DNA of 62,183 bases, filler included. It is 8 parts of 8 records of this genome, joined end to end, with 100 filler letters (N's around TTAATTAATTAA, not from the genome) between each part and the next. Parts side by side here need not be neighbours in the genome. Positions count along the whole stretch, not along the records: positions 1 to 5,041 come from SRR31147125_18942; positions 5,142 to 13,740 come from SRR31147125_18991; 6 more parts are not named here. The stretch is one strand, 5' to 3'. Every line of letters starts with the position of its first letter. Position 1 is the stretch's first letter. A program made the translations under genes and the position numbers. Below are positions 1 through 10,649 of the stretch, piece by piece. The notes under the pieces are model-generated. The model saw only the letters and a list, made by a program, of their open reading frames with translations. It searched no databases and had not been told where the DNA came from.

Positions 1-741
1 GTTATAAAAAATAATATACCAGATGCAAAAATATCATACGCTCCAACGTGCTCATCGTTTTATCCTAAAGATGAGACAGCAGAAAATATTGAAGTGGCAA
101 GAAACGCAATGCATCATACTACTACGGATGAAACTTGGATATTTAATTCTGCTTGGTTTTCAGATCCAGTATGCTTAGGTAAATATCCAGAGCAAGGCTT
201 AAAGGCTTTTGGTGCAGATGTACCTGATATTAAACAAGATGATATGAAAACAATATATTATCCACTAGATTATTTATGTCAAAACGTTTATGAATCGAAA
301 ATAATATATGTTGATGAGCAAGGTGATATAAAGCGACATATTCCAGTTGGACATACACAAACAGCAATGGATTGGCCTGTGACACCAGATAGTTTATATT
401 GGGTTTCAAAATTTCTTTATGAACGTTACAATTTGCCAATCGTTATATCCGAAAATGGTGCTGCATTTAACGATGTCGTATCAAGTGATGGAAAAGTACA
501 TGACGCTTCAAGAGTTGATTATATAGAAAAATATTTAAGGGGATACAAACGTGCTGCTAATGAAGGTATTCCTTTGAACGGATATTTTTATTGGAGCATC
601 ATGGATAACTTTGAATGGTCATATGGTTACACTAAAAGATTTGGACTTACTTATATAGATTATCAAACACAAAAACGTACACTAAAGGATTCTGCTTATA
701 TTTACAGAGATATTATCAGATCCAACGGTGAAAATCTTTAG
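1..741 (+). CDS. GH1 beta-glucosidase, 5'-truncated at window edge
   Basis: Frame is open from base 1 (VIKNNIPDAK...). GH1 nucleophile motif IVISENG and C-terminal WSIMDNFEWSYGYTKRFGL are present. Confidence 0.93.
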   Translation, partial: VIKNNIPDAKISYAPTCSSFYPKDETAENIEVARNAMHHTTTDETWIFNSAWFSDPVCLGKYPEQGLKAFGADVPDIKQDDMKTIYYPLDYLCQNVYESKIIYVDEQGDIKRHIPVGHTQTAMDWPVTPDSLYWVSKFLYERYNLPIVISENGAAFNDVVSSDGKVHDASRVDYIEKYLRGYKRAANEGIPLNGYFYWSIMDNFEWSYGYTKRFGLTYIDYQTQKRTLKDSAYIYRDIIRSNGENL

Positions 742-783
742 TTATTAATTAGTTATTAAATTGAGGGATAGGAATTAATTAAA

Positions 784-3231
784 ATGAAATATGGTTTTTT
801 TGATGATAAAAATAAAGAGTATGTTATAAACAAAGCTTTAACACCGTATCCGTGGATAAATTATCTTGGTAGCCAAGATTACTTTACATTGTTTTCTAAT
901 ACTGCTGGTGGATATAGTTTTTATAAAGATGCAAGGCTAATGAGGCTTACTAGGTATCGTTACAATAACATTCCAACTGATAATGAAGGAAAATACTTCT
1001 TCATTAAAGATGGACAAAAAGATGCTTGGAATATTGGCTTTAAGCCATCAAAAACACCGATTGATACATATGAATGCAGACACGGTTTAGGATATTCTAA
1101 GATTTCATCATCAAAAGATGGATTAAAAGCTGAGCAATTTTCTTTTGTTCCGCTAAACTACAAAGGTGAGATACATAGGATAACTCTTTTAAACGATAGC
1201 AAAGAAAATAAAAGTATAAAGCTTTTTTCTTATGTAGAATGGTGCTTGTGGGATGCTTCAGATGACATGCTAAATTTTCAACGCAATTACAGTATCGGTG
1301 AAGTGGAAGTGGAAAATTCTGCAATCTTTCATAAAACAGAGTATAGAGAAAGAAGAAACCACTATGCTTTTTATAATATTAATGAAAAAATAGATGGTTT
1401 TGATTCTGATAGAGAAAGCTTTGTAGGATTATACAACGATATAAGCTGTCCTGATGTCATTGAAAGTGGACAGTCTAAAAACAGCATGGCTGATGGATGG
1501 GCACCAATTGCGTCTCATATGATAAGTGTGGACTTGAAACCAGGTGAAAGCCGTACTTTTGTTTTCAATCTTGGTTTAGTCGAAAATGATAATGAGGACA
1601 AGTTTATTTCATCAAATGTAATAAATAAACAAAAAGCTTATGCAATGATGGAAAGCTTTGATACTGACGAGAAGGTAGAAAAGGCATTGAGTGATTTGGC
1701 TGAACATTGGGACAAATTGCTTTCTAAATATCAAGTTCATACAAAAAGCAATGAAGTTAATCGTATGGTAAATATTTGGAACGCATATCAGTGCATGGTA
1801 ACATTTAATCTTTCAAGGTCTGCTTCATACTTTGAATCTGGAGTAGGAAGAGGCATGGGCTTTAGAGATTCGAATCAAGATATATTAGGATTTGTACATC
1901 AGATACCTAAAAGAGCACGAGAAAGGTTGTTGGATTTAGCGGCAACTCAACTAGAAGATGGAAGTGCATATCATCAGTATCAACCGCTTACAAAAAAAGG
2001 TAATGATGCTGTTGGTGGTGGATTCAATGACGACCCACTTTGGATGATTGCATCAGTTTGCGCATACATCAAAGAATCTGGTGATTACAGTATTTTGGAT
2101 GAAATTGTACCATTTGATAATGACGAAAACAATACAGCAAGTATGCTTGAGCATATAAGTAGATCATTTAGCTTTATATTCAACAATAAAGGACCTCATG
2201 GATTACCATTGATTGGTAGAGCAGATTGGAATGATTGTTTGAATTTAAACTGTTTCTCAGCAGAACCTGGTGAATCTTTCCAAACTACAGATTGTCAGGG
2301 AGAAGCTGATGTTGCAGAATCCATATTTATTGCAGGATTGTTTGCATATGTAGGAAAAGACTATGTGCAGCTTTTAAAGATAATAGGTGAAGACACAAGT
2401 GCAGATATGGCGCAACAACAGATTGATACTGTGAAAAAAGCAGTTGAACAATATGGCTATGATGGAGACTGGTTTTTGCGTGCCTATGATGCATACGGAA
2501 ACAAGGTTGGTTCGGATGATTGTGAAGAAGGTAAGATATTTATCGAACCGCAAGGTATGTGTGTAATGGGCGAAATTGGAATAGATGATGGAAAAGCTGA
2601 AAAGGCTTTAAATAGTGCATGGGAAAGGCTTGGAACAAAATATGGCATGGTACTTGTGAACCCATGTTATACAAAATATCACTTGGAATTAGGTGAAATA
2701 TCTTCTTATCCCGGCGGTTATAAAGAAAATGCTGCTGTATTTTGTCATAACAACCCGTGGGTGGTGATTGCTGAGACAATAGTTGGTAGGTGTGATAAAG
2801 CATTTGAACTATATAAGCAAACTGCTCCTGCATTTATAGAGGATATATCTGAGATTCATAGAACAGAACCATATGTATATTCTCAAATGGTAGCAGGCAA
2901 GGATGCTTCTAGAATGGGAGAAGCAAAAAATTCTTGGCTTACAGGTGCTTCGGCTTGGAACTATGTAGCTATATCGCAATATATATTAGGAATCAAACCA
3001 GGGTATGAAGGTTTAGAAATAAAACCATGTATTCCGAGTGATTGGGATGGTTTTACTGCAACGCGTGAATATCGAGGATGTATATATGATATTCAAGTTA
3101 ATAAACAAAGGGGAGCAAAGTGCGGTGGATATAAGCTTACAGTTGATGGAGAGGCTTTGGATGGCAGCACAGTACCTTTTAAGCAAGGAAAAAATGAAGT
3201 GTCTGTGATAGTTGATATTATAGATAAATAA
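784..3231 (+). CDS. cbp: GH94 cellobiose phosphorylase
   Basis: 815 aa. N-terminus [23 protein letters not shown], plus [11 protein letters not shown], catalytic-region ADWNDCLNL and [15 protein letters not shown]. Confidence 0.9.
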   Translation: MKYGFFDDKNKEYVINKALTPYPWINYLGSQDYFTLFSNTAGGYSFYKDARLMRLTRYRYNNIPTDNEGKYFFIKDGQKDAWNIGFKPSKTPIDTYECRHGLGYSKISSSKDGLKAEQFSFVPLNYKGEIHRITLLNDSKENKSIKLFSYVEWCLWDASDDMLNFQRNYSIGEVEVENSAIFHKTEYRERRNHYAFYNINEKIDGFDSDRESFVGLYNDISCPDVIESGQSKNSMADGWAPIASHMISVDLKPGESRTFVFNLGLVENDNEDKFISSNVINKQKAYAMMESFDTDEKVEKALSDLAEHWDKLLSKYQVHTKSNEVNRMVNIWNAYQCMVTFNLSRSASYFESGVGRGMGFRDSNQDILGFVHQIPKRARERLLDLAATQLEDGSAYHQYQPLTKKGNDAVGGGFNDDPLWMIASVCAYIKESGDYSILDEIVPFDNDENNTASMLEHISRSFSFIFNNKGPHGLPLIGRADWNDCLNLNCFSAEPGESFQTTDCQGEADVAESIFIAGLFAYVGKDYVQLLKIIGEDTSADMAQQQIDTVKKAVEQYGYDGDWFLRAYDAYGNKVGSDDCEEGKIFIEPQGMCVMGEIGIDDGKAEKALNSAWERLGTKYGMVLVNPCYTKYHLELGEISSYPGGYKENAAVFCHNNPWVVIAETIVGRCDKAFELYKQTAPAFIEDISEIHRTEPYVYSQMVAGKDASRMGEAKNSWLTGASAWNYVAISQYILGIKPGYEGLEIKPCIPSDWDGFTATREYRGCIYDIQVNKQRGAKCGGYKLTVDGEALDGSTVPFKQGKNEVSVIVDIIDK

Positions 3232-3275
3232 TAATATCCAAAAGCACAAATGAAGTGCAAATTAATCACAAAAAA

Positions 3276-3291
3276 TTGAAATCGATTTCAA
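3276..3291. promoter_or_regulatory. LacI-family-type operator palindrome TTGAAATCGATTTCAA
   Basis: Perfect 16-bp palindrome with central CG upstream of the sugar-binding protein gene. The core recurs at 4972-4983. Confidence 0.7.
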
Positions 3292-3382
3292 AGAAACATT
3301 AATTTTACAGTGATTAAAAAACGAATTCTATTTAGAGCATATGGCTCTATGATAATAAACCAAAAATGGAAAGGAAGAAAAA

Positions 3383-4807
3383 ATGAAGAAATTATTGGTC
3401 GTTTTACTAGTATTGGTCTTGGCTGCATCTATGCTTACTGCATGTGCACCAAAAGAAGAACCTGCAGCTCCAGCTACCGAAAAGGAAGAGGAAGCAGAAG
3501 TTCCAGAAGTATTTGAAGATGAAGAGGTTTCAGGAAAGCTGGTTGTTTGGTCTTTCACTAATGAGATTGAAACAGTTACAACTGCGTTCCAAGGCGAACA
3601 CCCAGAAATCGAAGTAGAATATGTTATGATTCCTATGACAGATGGCGAATACCAAACAAAGGTTAAAGCTGCTATTCAGTCTGGCGAAGTTCCTGACGTT
3701 ATCGCTTTAGAAGCTTCATTTGTAAGAGAATATGTTGAATCTGATATGCTTGCTGATCTATCTCACTTAGTACCACTAGCTGAAGAGTTAGAAACATATC
3801 AATTTGTTTTGGATGCTGGCTCATATGAAGGTAAAACAAAAGCTTTCTCATATCAAGCAACACCAGGTGCACTTTTCTATAGAAGAAGTCTTGCTAAAGA
3901 ATACTTTGGTACAGATGAACCTGCTGAAATTCAAGCTATGATGAGCGATATGGCTGGATATGAAGAAATGGCAAAAACTATTAAAGAAAAGTCAAACGGC
4001 GACACATACATCGTATGTTCAACTGGTGACTTCACAAATCCATATTACGTGAACAGAGAAAACCCTTGGGTTGTAGACGGTGTTTTAAATATCGATCCTA
4101 AAGTTGAAGAACTATTTGAAACTGCAAAGTCATTCCGTCAAAACGGTTATGAAGCACAAGCGACTCAATGGCAAGAAGGTTGGTATGCTGGTATGAATGA
4201 TTCTCTTGTTGATGCTAACGGTGATGCAAAACAAGTATTCTCATACTTCTTACCTACATGGGGACTACCTTATGTATTAATGCCAAACGGTGGCGACACA
4301 GCTGGTGACTGGGCATGTATTAATGGTCCACTTCCATATTCATGGGGCGGGACTTTCTGTGGAGTTATGGACGGAGCTGCAAACATGGGTTCTGCTGAAG
4401 AATTTGTTAAATTCTTTGCTCTAAACGAACAAACACTTAAAGATTGGGCTCTTGGAACATATACTAATGACTTCCTTAAAGCTATCAATCCTGATATCGC
4501 AGAGGATAGAGAACAAGGTCCTGGAGACTTTGTATCATCAGAAAAAGTTGTTAACGAAATTATCTCTGAGTTCGATTCTGCTGAAACATCAGCATTCTTG
4601 AATGGACAAAATTCATATAGTGGATTTGCTGCTGCTGCACCTACAATCGACTTAAGCTTGATGCAAGGTACAGATGATGCTATCCAACGTGCTTTGAACG
4701 ATATTCTTGATTTATATGCAACTGGTGACATTGCAACATATGAAGAAGCAATTACAATGTTCAAAGAAGCTGTAGCGAGTGCTGTTCCAGAGGTTATGGT
4801 TGACTAA
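3383..4807 (+). CDS. Sugar ABC transporter substrate-binding lipoprotein (probably cello-oligosaccharides)
   Basis: Lipobox LTAC after a hydrophobic stretch, Ala/Glu linker, SBP motifs LVVWSF, GEVPDVI and WGGT. Lies next to GH1/GH94. Confidence 0.88.
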   Translation: MKKLLVVLLVLVLAASMLTACAPKEEPAAPATEKEEEAEVPEVFEDEEVSGKLVVWSFTNEIETVTTAFQGEHPEIEVEYVMIPMTDGEYQTKVKAAIQSGEVPDVIALEASFVREYVESDMLADLSHLVPLAEELETYQFVLDAGSYEGKTKAFSYQATPGALFYRRSLAKEYFGTDEPAEIQAMMSDMAGYEEMAKTIKEKSNGDTYIVCSTGDFTNPYYVNRENPWVVDGVLNIDPKVEELFETAKSFRQNGYEAQATQWQEGWYAGMNDSLVDANGDAKQVFSYFLPTWGLPYVLMPNGGDTAGDWACINGPLPYSWGGTFCGVMDGAANMGSAEEFVKFFALNEQTLKDWALGTYTNDFLKAINPDIAEDREQGPGDFVSSEKVVNEIISEFDSAETSAFLNGQNSYSGFAAAAPTIDLSLMQGTDDAIQRALNDILDLYATGDIATYEEAITMFKEAVASAVPEVMVD

Positions 4808-4838
4808 TTAATCTTTGAAACTGATACCATGATTATTG

Positions 4839-4909
4839 TAAGCCTGCCTTAGTGCAGGCTTATATATAGATTTTCGAAACAATAAATAAATGTTTCGAAA
4901 ATCTATATA
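4839..4909 (+). terminator. Two tandem stem-loops after the SBP gene (terminator or mRNA stabiliser)
   Basis: TAAGCCTGC-cttagt-GCAGGCTTA (4839-4862) followed by a perfect 19-bp inverted repeat (4863-4881 / 4891-4909). Confidence 0.6.
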
Positions 4910-4971
4910 CAAACTGATGTAATTTGTTTATAATTATTTTATACTTTTGTATATATTTTTTTGTAGAAATC

Positions 4972-4983
4972 GAAATCGATTTC
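4972..4983. promoter_or_regulatory. Second copy of operator core GAAATCGATTTC
   Basis: Identical 12-bp palindromic core, about 35 nt upstream of the ATG at 5018. Confidence 0.65.
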
Positions 4984-5017
4984 ATGAAATTCTAGTTTAT
5001 ATAAGGAGGATTGCGTT

Positions 5018-5041
5018 ATGAGTGATAGCGCTTTGAAAAAA
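5018..5041 (+). CDS. Start of a truncated gene (MSDSALKK...), probably an ABC permease
   Basis: Strong RBS AAGGAGG followed by ATG at the contig end. Product inferred from context only. Confidence 0.45.
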
Positions 5042-5141
5042 NNNNNNNNNNNNNNNNNNNNNNNNNNNNNNNNNNNNNNNNNNNNTTAATTAATTAANNN
5101 NNNNNNNNNNNNNNNNNNNNNNNNNNNNNNNNNNNNNNNNN
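5042..5141. other. Artificial contig spacer N44-TTAATTAATTAA-N44
   Basis: Six-frame stop linker flanked by N runs. Confidence 0.99.
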
Positions 5142-5142
5142 C

Positions 5143-5634
5143 AAAGGAAACAGCTGGGATGTATTAGGAACACATGATTGGGAATCAGCCTATCTCGCTA
5201 ATGCAGCCAACAATAATGAGTTTACAAATCCGGCATTAGTCTCTATCAGTCGCGCACAGGACAAGAGCCTGGATCCAAGACCTGCTGCGGATGGTGCTGC
5301 CTATCAAAACCTGGCTGACATCTCAACAGCTGTTGAAAGCATCCGGATTTCAACAGCAGGTAATGTGCCACAGGATTACATATTGAGCCAGAATTATCCA
5401 AACCCATTTAATCCGACAACCACAATCGAATTCTCCCTGCTCAAAGCTGGAAACGTAAAACTAACTGTTTTCAATCAATTGGGACAGGAAGTTGCTGTAC
5501 TGGCCAACGATGTAAAACTGGCAGGAACATATAAAGTAAACTGGAACGCATCTCACTTGCCAAGCGGCCTCTACCTCTATAGATTAGAGTCTGCTCAGGG
5601 TACACAAACTCAAAAAATGCTCCTCGTAAAATAA
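5143..5634 (+). CDS. C-terminal part of a secreted protein with T9SS type A-like C-terminal sorting domain
   Basis: Frame open from contig start. Ends with YILSQNYPNPFNPTTTIEF...LPSGLYLYRL...KMLLVK. Confidence 0.85.
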   Translation, partial: KGNSWDVLGTHDWESAYLANAANNNEFTNPALVSISRAQDKSLDPRPAADGAAYQNLADISTAVESIRISTAGNVPQDYILSQNYPNPFNPTTTIEFSLLKAGNVKLTVFNQLGQEVAVLANDVKLAGTYKVNWNASHLPSGLYLYRLESAQGTQTQKMLLVK

Positions 5635-5645
5635 AATTGAAAACT

Positions 5646-5674
5646 TGTTCCAGGGATGTAGTATCCCTGGAACA
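5646..5674 (+). terminator. Hairpin, probable intrinsic terminator
   Basis: TGTTCCAGGGAT-gtagt-ATCCCTGGAACA, a perfect 12-bp stem just after the stop codon. Confidence 0.7.
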
Positions 5675-6396
5675 CTTTAATATTTTCATGATGTTCCTAA
5701 AGGTGCAATAAAACAATGTAATAAAACAATCCTTTTTTCATGCAAAATAGTTCGTGTTATCTTTTATCGCACCTTTTTATATATTTCACATTTCTCATCA
5801 TACCCATTTTTTTTACGAGTGTCTTCTTCACCCGGCCCTGATGCTTTAATCTCACCTCATTGCGTCAGGGCTTTATTTATTCCAAATTAAAATTAATCTT
5901 CTGACCATGTAGCAAGATAGAATGAAATAAGAAAGCGACCTCAATCCGGTTAACACCATAAGCAAAACTTGACGTGAGAACCTCTGGCAAACGCATCCAA
6001 AACAATACTTTAGAACATATCAATGGATCCCCAACTTTTGCCTTACTGAAATTGTTTAATTAAGGTTAAATGCAAACAATTACAACCATAAATGACAACA
6101 TGTAAAATAACACACATTTTTCCCATTTATCGAACACTCGAATCAAAACAGATTTTTATTCTTTTAATACACATTTACGCAATATAAATGTAAAATCATG
6201 TAGCAATAGTAAAAAACCACGGATTCTGTTTTGAATAAATGCAAATCAGTTGCATAATTAATAAATTCTTGTTAACTTTTTTGATGTATAAAAAAAGACA
6301 GCAAACCAGACAAAATAGTTTTTTTAGGAATCATTTATTTTAAAATGATTTGCAATGGATCTTTAAAAATATATTTAACAAGGAAGATACAGCATA

Positions 6397-6930
6397 ATGA
6401 ATAAAAAAGAACTGAAAGACAAAAAGAATGATTTCGATCACATGGCTGATAAATTGGTCACTCTGGAACAGTTAAAAACCATCGTTAACGAAGCAAAGGA
6501 AGAAAAACAACGGGTCGTTTGGACAAACGGTTGTTTTGATATCTTTCATGCCGGGCATATTATCTATCTTGAAAGAGCACGTTCTCAGGGAGATATACTG
6601 GTTGTTGGTCTGAATAGCGATGCCTCGGTGCGAAAATCAAAAGGTGACAGCAGGCCTATCATAAATGAACAGTATCGTGCAAAACTCTTAACAGCACTGA
6701 TGTGTGTGGATTATGTTATTATCTATGACGAGGAATCTCCCTTAAACCTCATTAAAACGCTTCAGCCCGATGTTTATGCAAAAGGCGGGGATTATACAAT
6801 CGACACGATCAATCAACAGGAACGCGCGGTTATGGAAAGCTTTGGAGGAGATATTGCTTTATTACCCGGGGTTGAAGGTATGTCGACAACAATCCTTGTG
6901 AATAAAATCCTGGCAGTATATAAAGAGTAA
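6397..6930 (+). CDS. rfaE2: D-glycero-beta-D-manno-heptose 1-phosphate adenylyltransferase (RfaE domain II / HldC-like)
   Basis: Motifs TNGCFDIFHAGH, LVVGLNSDASVR, KGGDY and STT. Confidence 0.85.
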   Translation: MNKKELKDKKNDFDHMADKLVTLEQLKTIVNEAKEEKQRVVWTNGCFDIFHAGHIIYLERARSQGDILVVGLNSDASVRKSKGDSRPIINEQYRAKLLTALMCVDYVIIYDEESPLNLIKTLQPDVYAKGGDYTIDTINQQERAVMESFGGDIALLPGVEGMSTTILVNKILAVYKE

Positions 6931-7144
6931 TTGCCGCGGTTTAAACATAATAAAATCAGAAAAATTATTGTTAAATACCAAGTCGTAAAAACACACAAAT
7001 CGACTTTTTATGTTAAAATCCTAAAGGTTGATCGAATGTCAGACGCAGGAATGCCCTGAGCTTGATATTTCACATCATGAAACAGGCAACAAACCATACT
7101 TAAAATCTGCTTTTTAAAATATTTTCAAAGGACAATATACCGCT

Positions 7145-9396
7145 ATGACAAAACATATATTGATGTTTCTGTTGTCCCTACCAGCCATTCTTTTCGGGCA
7201 ATACACTGAAGTTGAACCAAATAACACGAGGCAACAGGCAAATGTATTGTCATTGAACGATTCGACAAAGATCTCAGCCGAATTCAATCCGGCAGGTGAT
7301 ATCGATTATTTCATGGTGGATTGGCAAGATACATGCATGTACTATGTCACCAGTGTTGAAAATGATGCCGGTATCATACCCAATATGGAGCTTTACCTGG
7401 AAGAAAATTTAACCAATCTTTTAAGTAGCAATGTTGGTAATCGGAACGGAAACAACAATTTTCGATTATCAGGATATGTACCCACCACCACCGGTCGTTA
7501 TTATATAAAAGTATATAATGATGAATTCACGCAGGGGAAGTATAAAGTTCGATTTGCGGGCGGCCGCACTCAATCGGAATTAGTGGTGCACGAACCGGAT
7601 AATACAATTGACTTTGCTTCGTCTGCAGGTATTTTGGCAGAATCGGATACAGTTTACGGCGCGATTTATCCATCCAACGATATTGACTTTTATAAAATTT
7701 CCGGCATTGAAGGGGAGCATTACATAATTGGAACCACACCAATTTTAGACCTTGATGTCCGTGATACAGATACGTTTATTACGCTTCAGGATATATCAGG
7801 TAATATTATTAAGGAAAATGATGATGTTGGCACAGTAAACACCCCATCCGGGTCGGTAAATTGTACGTTCTCATCAATGACAGGAATTTTTCCTGCAACA
7901 GGTGATTATTATATTTCAGTACGAAGTTATTATAATGAAAATTTTGGCCAGACAATCAGTGAAACGAATCCGCCAATGGGTGAATACGGGGTCTATTATT
8001 TAATCGGCGAACCGGAACCGCAGGATGTTGTGGCGAGATATCCACATATCGAATCGCCAACAACACATTCTGTGTTAGTGCAATGGAATACCATCATTCC
8101 TGAACCATCGCTGCTACTCTGGGGAACGAATGAAACGTGCAGGAACATGATTCAACAAACGGATTTGGTTCAGGAACATCTCTTGAAAATTTCTGGCCTG
8201 GACGCTGAAAGCAAATATTATTACCGAGTAGTGATGGATGGGGATACCACAGATAGTGAATATTTTTATACGGCAAAACCATCAACTACGGACATGGTCA
8301 AATTTTTCGTTATCGGCGATACAGGCAGTCCTCAGGCTGGAGTTTCAGGCACGGTTGAACAAAAACAGGTTACGGAACAAATATTAAAAAAGACCTATGA
8401 TTTTGGATTGCATGCCGGTGATGTAAATCAGGGAGTCGGTGAAGAATATGATTTTATTTATTATCAGGGTTACAAGGATATCCTGAAAAACGCTCCCATT
8501 TTTACGTGTATCGGGAATCATGACACCTATCATGATGACGCTTATACTTATTTGAGATCTTTCAATTTACCGCATAACAATCCGGATAGTACTGAACGGT
8601 ATTATTCGTTTAATTATGGACATGCTCATTTTATAGCTTTAGATACGAACATTCCCTATTATGTTGGCAGTCCCCAGTATGAATGGCTGCAACAGGATCT
8701 AAAATCTGAGATGCGCAGTGAAACAATGTGGACATTTGTTTATTTCCATCATCCGCCATGGAGTGAAGGCTGGCCAGGGTATCCGGGCGAAATAAACGTC
8801 CGAAAAATCCTGGTGCCCCTGTTTGAACAGTACCACGTAGATATGGTGTTTAATGGTCATACCCACGATTATGAACGAGGATTGCGTAACGGCGTCTATT
8901 ACATTATCACTGGTGGCGGTGGATGCTCGTTAGAACCGGGGGTTCAGGCTTATGATCATGATCATGTCACTGTCCGTGTTAATGAATTCCATTTCACATA
9001 CATTAAACTTTATGATAAATCACTGCAACTAGTAGCAATTAACAAAGATGGAAAAAAATTGATGAAGTCAATTTTGAAAAACAAACAACTCACATTGATG
9101 AAGATAAATTATTTACGGGAGAAAACTCTCCTGTGGATTTTCAGTTGTATAATAATTACCCCAATCCTTTTAATGGGAGTACAGTGATTTCATATAATCT
9201 TACACAAGCAACAGACGTTCGTATTGACGTTTATTCAACATTAGGTCAAAAGGTGAGAACGATTGTAAATGAAAATCAATCAGTCGGACATCACAAGGCC
9301 GAATTTGATGCCAGTGGAATGCCATCTGGCGTTTATTTTTATCAAATACGGGCAGGACGTTTTATGCACCAGAAAAAAATGTTGTTGATGAGATAA
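7145..9396 (+). CDS. Secreted purple-acid-phosphatase-type metallophosphoesterase with two PPC-like domains and a C-terminal sorting domain; frameshifted at A7 (9052-9058)
   Basis: Signal peptide; EVEPNN..DIDYF and HEPDN..DIDFY repeats; GDTG, GDV, GNHD, HHPP and GHTHDYER motifs. Adding one A joins ...DGKK to IDEVNFEK...LYNNYPNPFNGST (ORF 9133-9396). Confidence 0.82.
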
Positions 9397-9445
9397 GGAA
9401 AACCTACCGGAAAGATTTCCTAAACGAAGATAGTATCAAAAAATA

Positions 9446-9490
9446 AAAAAACTCGCTTTCTGATCGATAATGACGTTAGGCGAGTTTTTT
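9446..9490. terminator. Probable bidirectional terminator between convergent genes
   Basis: AAAAAACTCGC...GCGAGTTTTTT inverted repeat with a long loop. Confidence 0.55.
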
Positions 9491-9497
9491 CATATCA

Positions 9498-10595
9498 TTA
9501 CCCACCCATACTGGTGCCAACAGATTCTGCTACCTTTATCAAGGGTGAATCCATGGTTACTAGTTTGGTTTTTCCACCCACATCTTCGATGGGAACCGAC
9601 ACGATTTTATTGCCCTGCAATGCTACCATTTTATTGAAATCTGCGGCAGCTATCAACTCTGCTGCGGCGACACCATAACGTGTTGCTAAAATCCGGTCAA
9701 AAGCCGTTGGTGTACCGCCGCGCTGCAGATGTCCCAGAACGGTGGCTCTGGTCTCCAGACCGGTTAAATTCTCGATTTCATAACCGAGTTTTACTGCAAT
9801 GCCACCCAGCCGTATCGGATCCGGACTGTCTTCCACAACCCGACTCACTGTTAATTCACCACCTTTTGCTTTTGCTCCTTCAGATACTGCAATAATACTA
9901 AATCGACGCCCTTTATGGCTTCGCTCTGTAACCGTGCGACATATTGTTTCTACATCATATTCTATTTCAGGAATGAGTATGACATCCGCCCCACTGGCAA
10001 GTCCTGCGCCCAGGGCCAACCATCCGGCATACCGTCCCATAATCTCGACAATCATAACGCGATGGTGAGATTGCGCGGTTGTGTGAATCCGATCAATAGC
10101 ATCTGCTGCTATAGAAACAGCAGTATCATAACCAAACGTCGTGTCTGTGCAGTATAAATCGTTATCTATCGTCTTTGGGATACCAATGACCTTTAATCCT
10201 TTTTTCATCAATTCATACGAAATGGCCATTGTTCCATCACCACCAATACAAACAATCGCATCCAAACCAAGTTCTTTTACGTTTTTCAACGTTTGTTCAG
10301 AACGATCCTCATATTTTATTTCACCATTATAGTCAACAGGGTGATTGAATGGATTTGCCTTATTGGATGTTCCCAATATGGTTCCGCCACTCTGTAAAAT
10401 TCCTGAAACAGCATCCCAGTTTAGGGCAATAGCCCGTTTTTCAACCAGGCCAAGGAATCCATCCTCCAGTCCAACCACTTCTATGTTAAATTTCCCCAAA
10501 AGTGATTTGGTGACCGCCCTTATAACGGCATTCAGCCCGGGACAATCGCCACCACCAGTCAAAACGCCTACCCTGGTTATTCCATTTTTTCCCAT
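9498..10595 (-). CDS. pfkA: 6-phosphofructokinase (group III type, likely ATP-dependent)
   Basis: Motifs GGGDCPGLN, GGDGT, PKTIDND, MGR and LGHLQRGG. Confidence 0.92.
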   Translation of the reverse strand: MGKNGITRVGVLTGGGDCPGLNAVIRAVTKSLLGKFNIEVVGLEDGFLGLVEKRAIALNWDAVSGILQSGGTILGTSNKANPFNHPVDYNGEIKYEDRSEQTLKNVKELGLDAIVCIGGDGTMAISYELMKKGLKVIGIPKTIDNDLYCTDTTFGYDTAVSIAADAIDRIHTTAQSHHRVMIVEIMGRYAGWLALGAGLASGADVILIPEIEYDVETICRTVTERSHKGRRFSIIAVSEGAKAKGGELTVSRVVEDSPDPIRLGGIAVKLGYEIENLTGLETRATVLGHLQRGGTPTAFDRILATRYGVAAAELIAAADFNKMVALQGNKIVSVPIEDVGGKTKLVTMDSPLIKVAESVGTSMGG

Positions 10596-10649
10596 ACTGT
10601 AACCTTTATCCTTTCTATTTACATTAATCTGGTATTAAGATGTATGCAA

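Noticed and set aside
4270-4764. Long antisense ORFs opposite real genes (e.g. 4270-4764, 32274-32684, 33548-33940)
   Set aside because: Shadow frames of well-supported genes, with no motifs or RBS.
5086-5097. Repeated TTAATTAATTAA palindrome
   Set aside because: Artificial six-frame stop linker inside the N spacers.
5675-6396. Long AT-rich intergenic region with a hairpin at 5835-5871, as a possible ncRNA or riboswitch
   Set aside because: No recognisable riboswitch or ncRNA consensus by eye; only a terminator-like stem.
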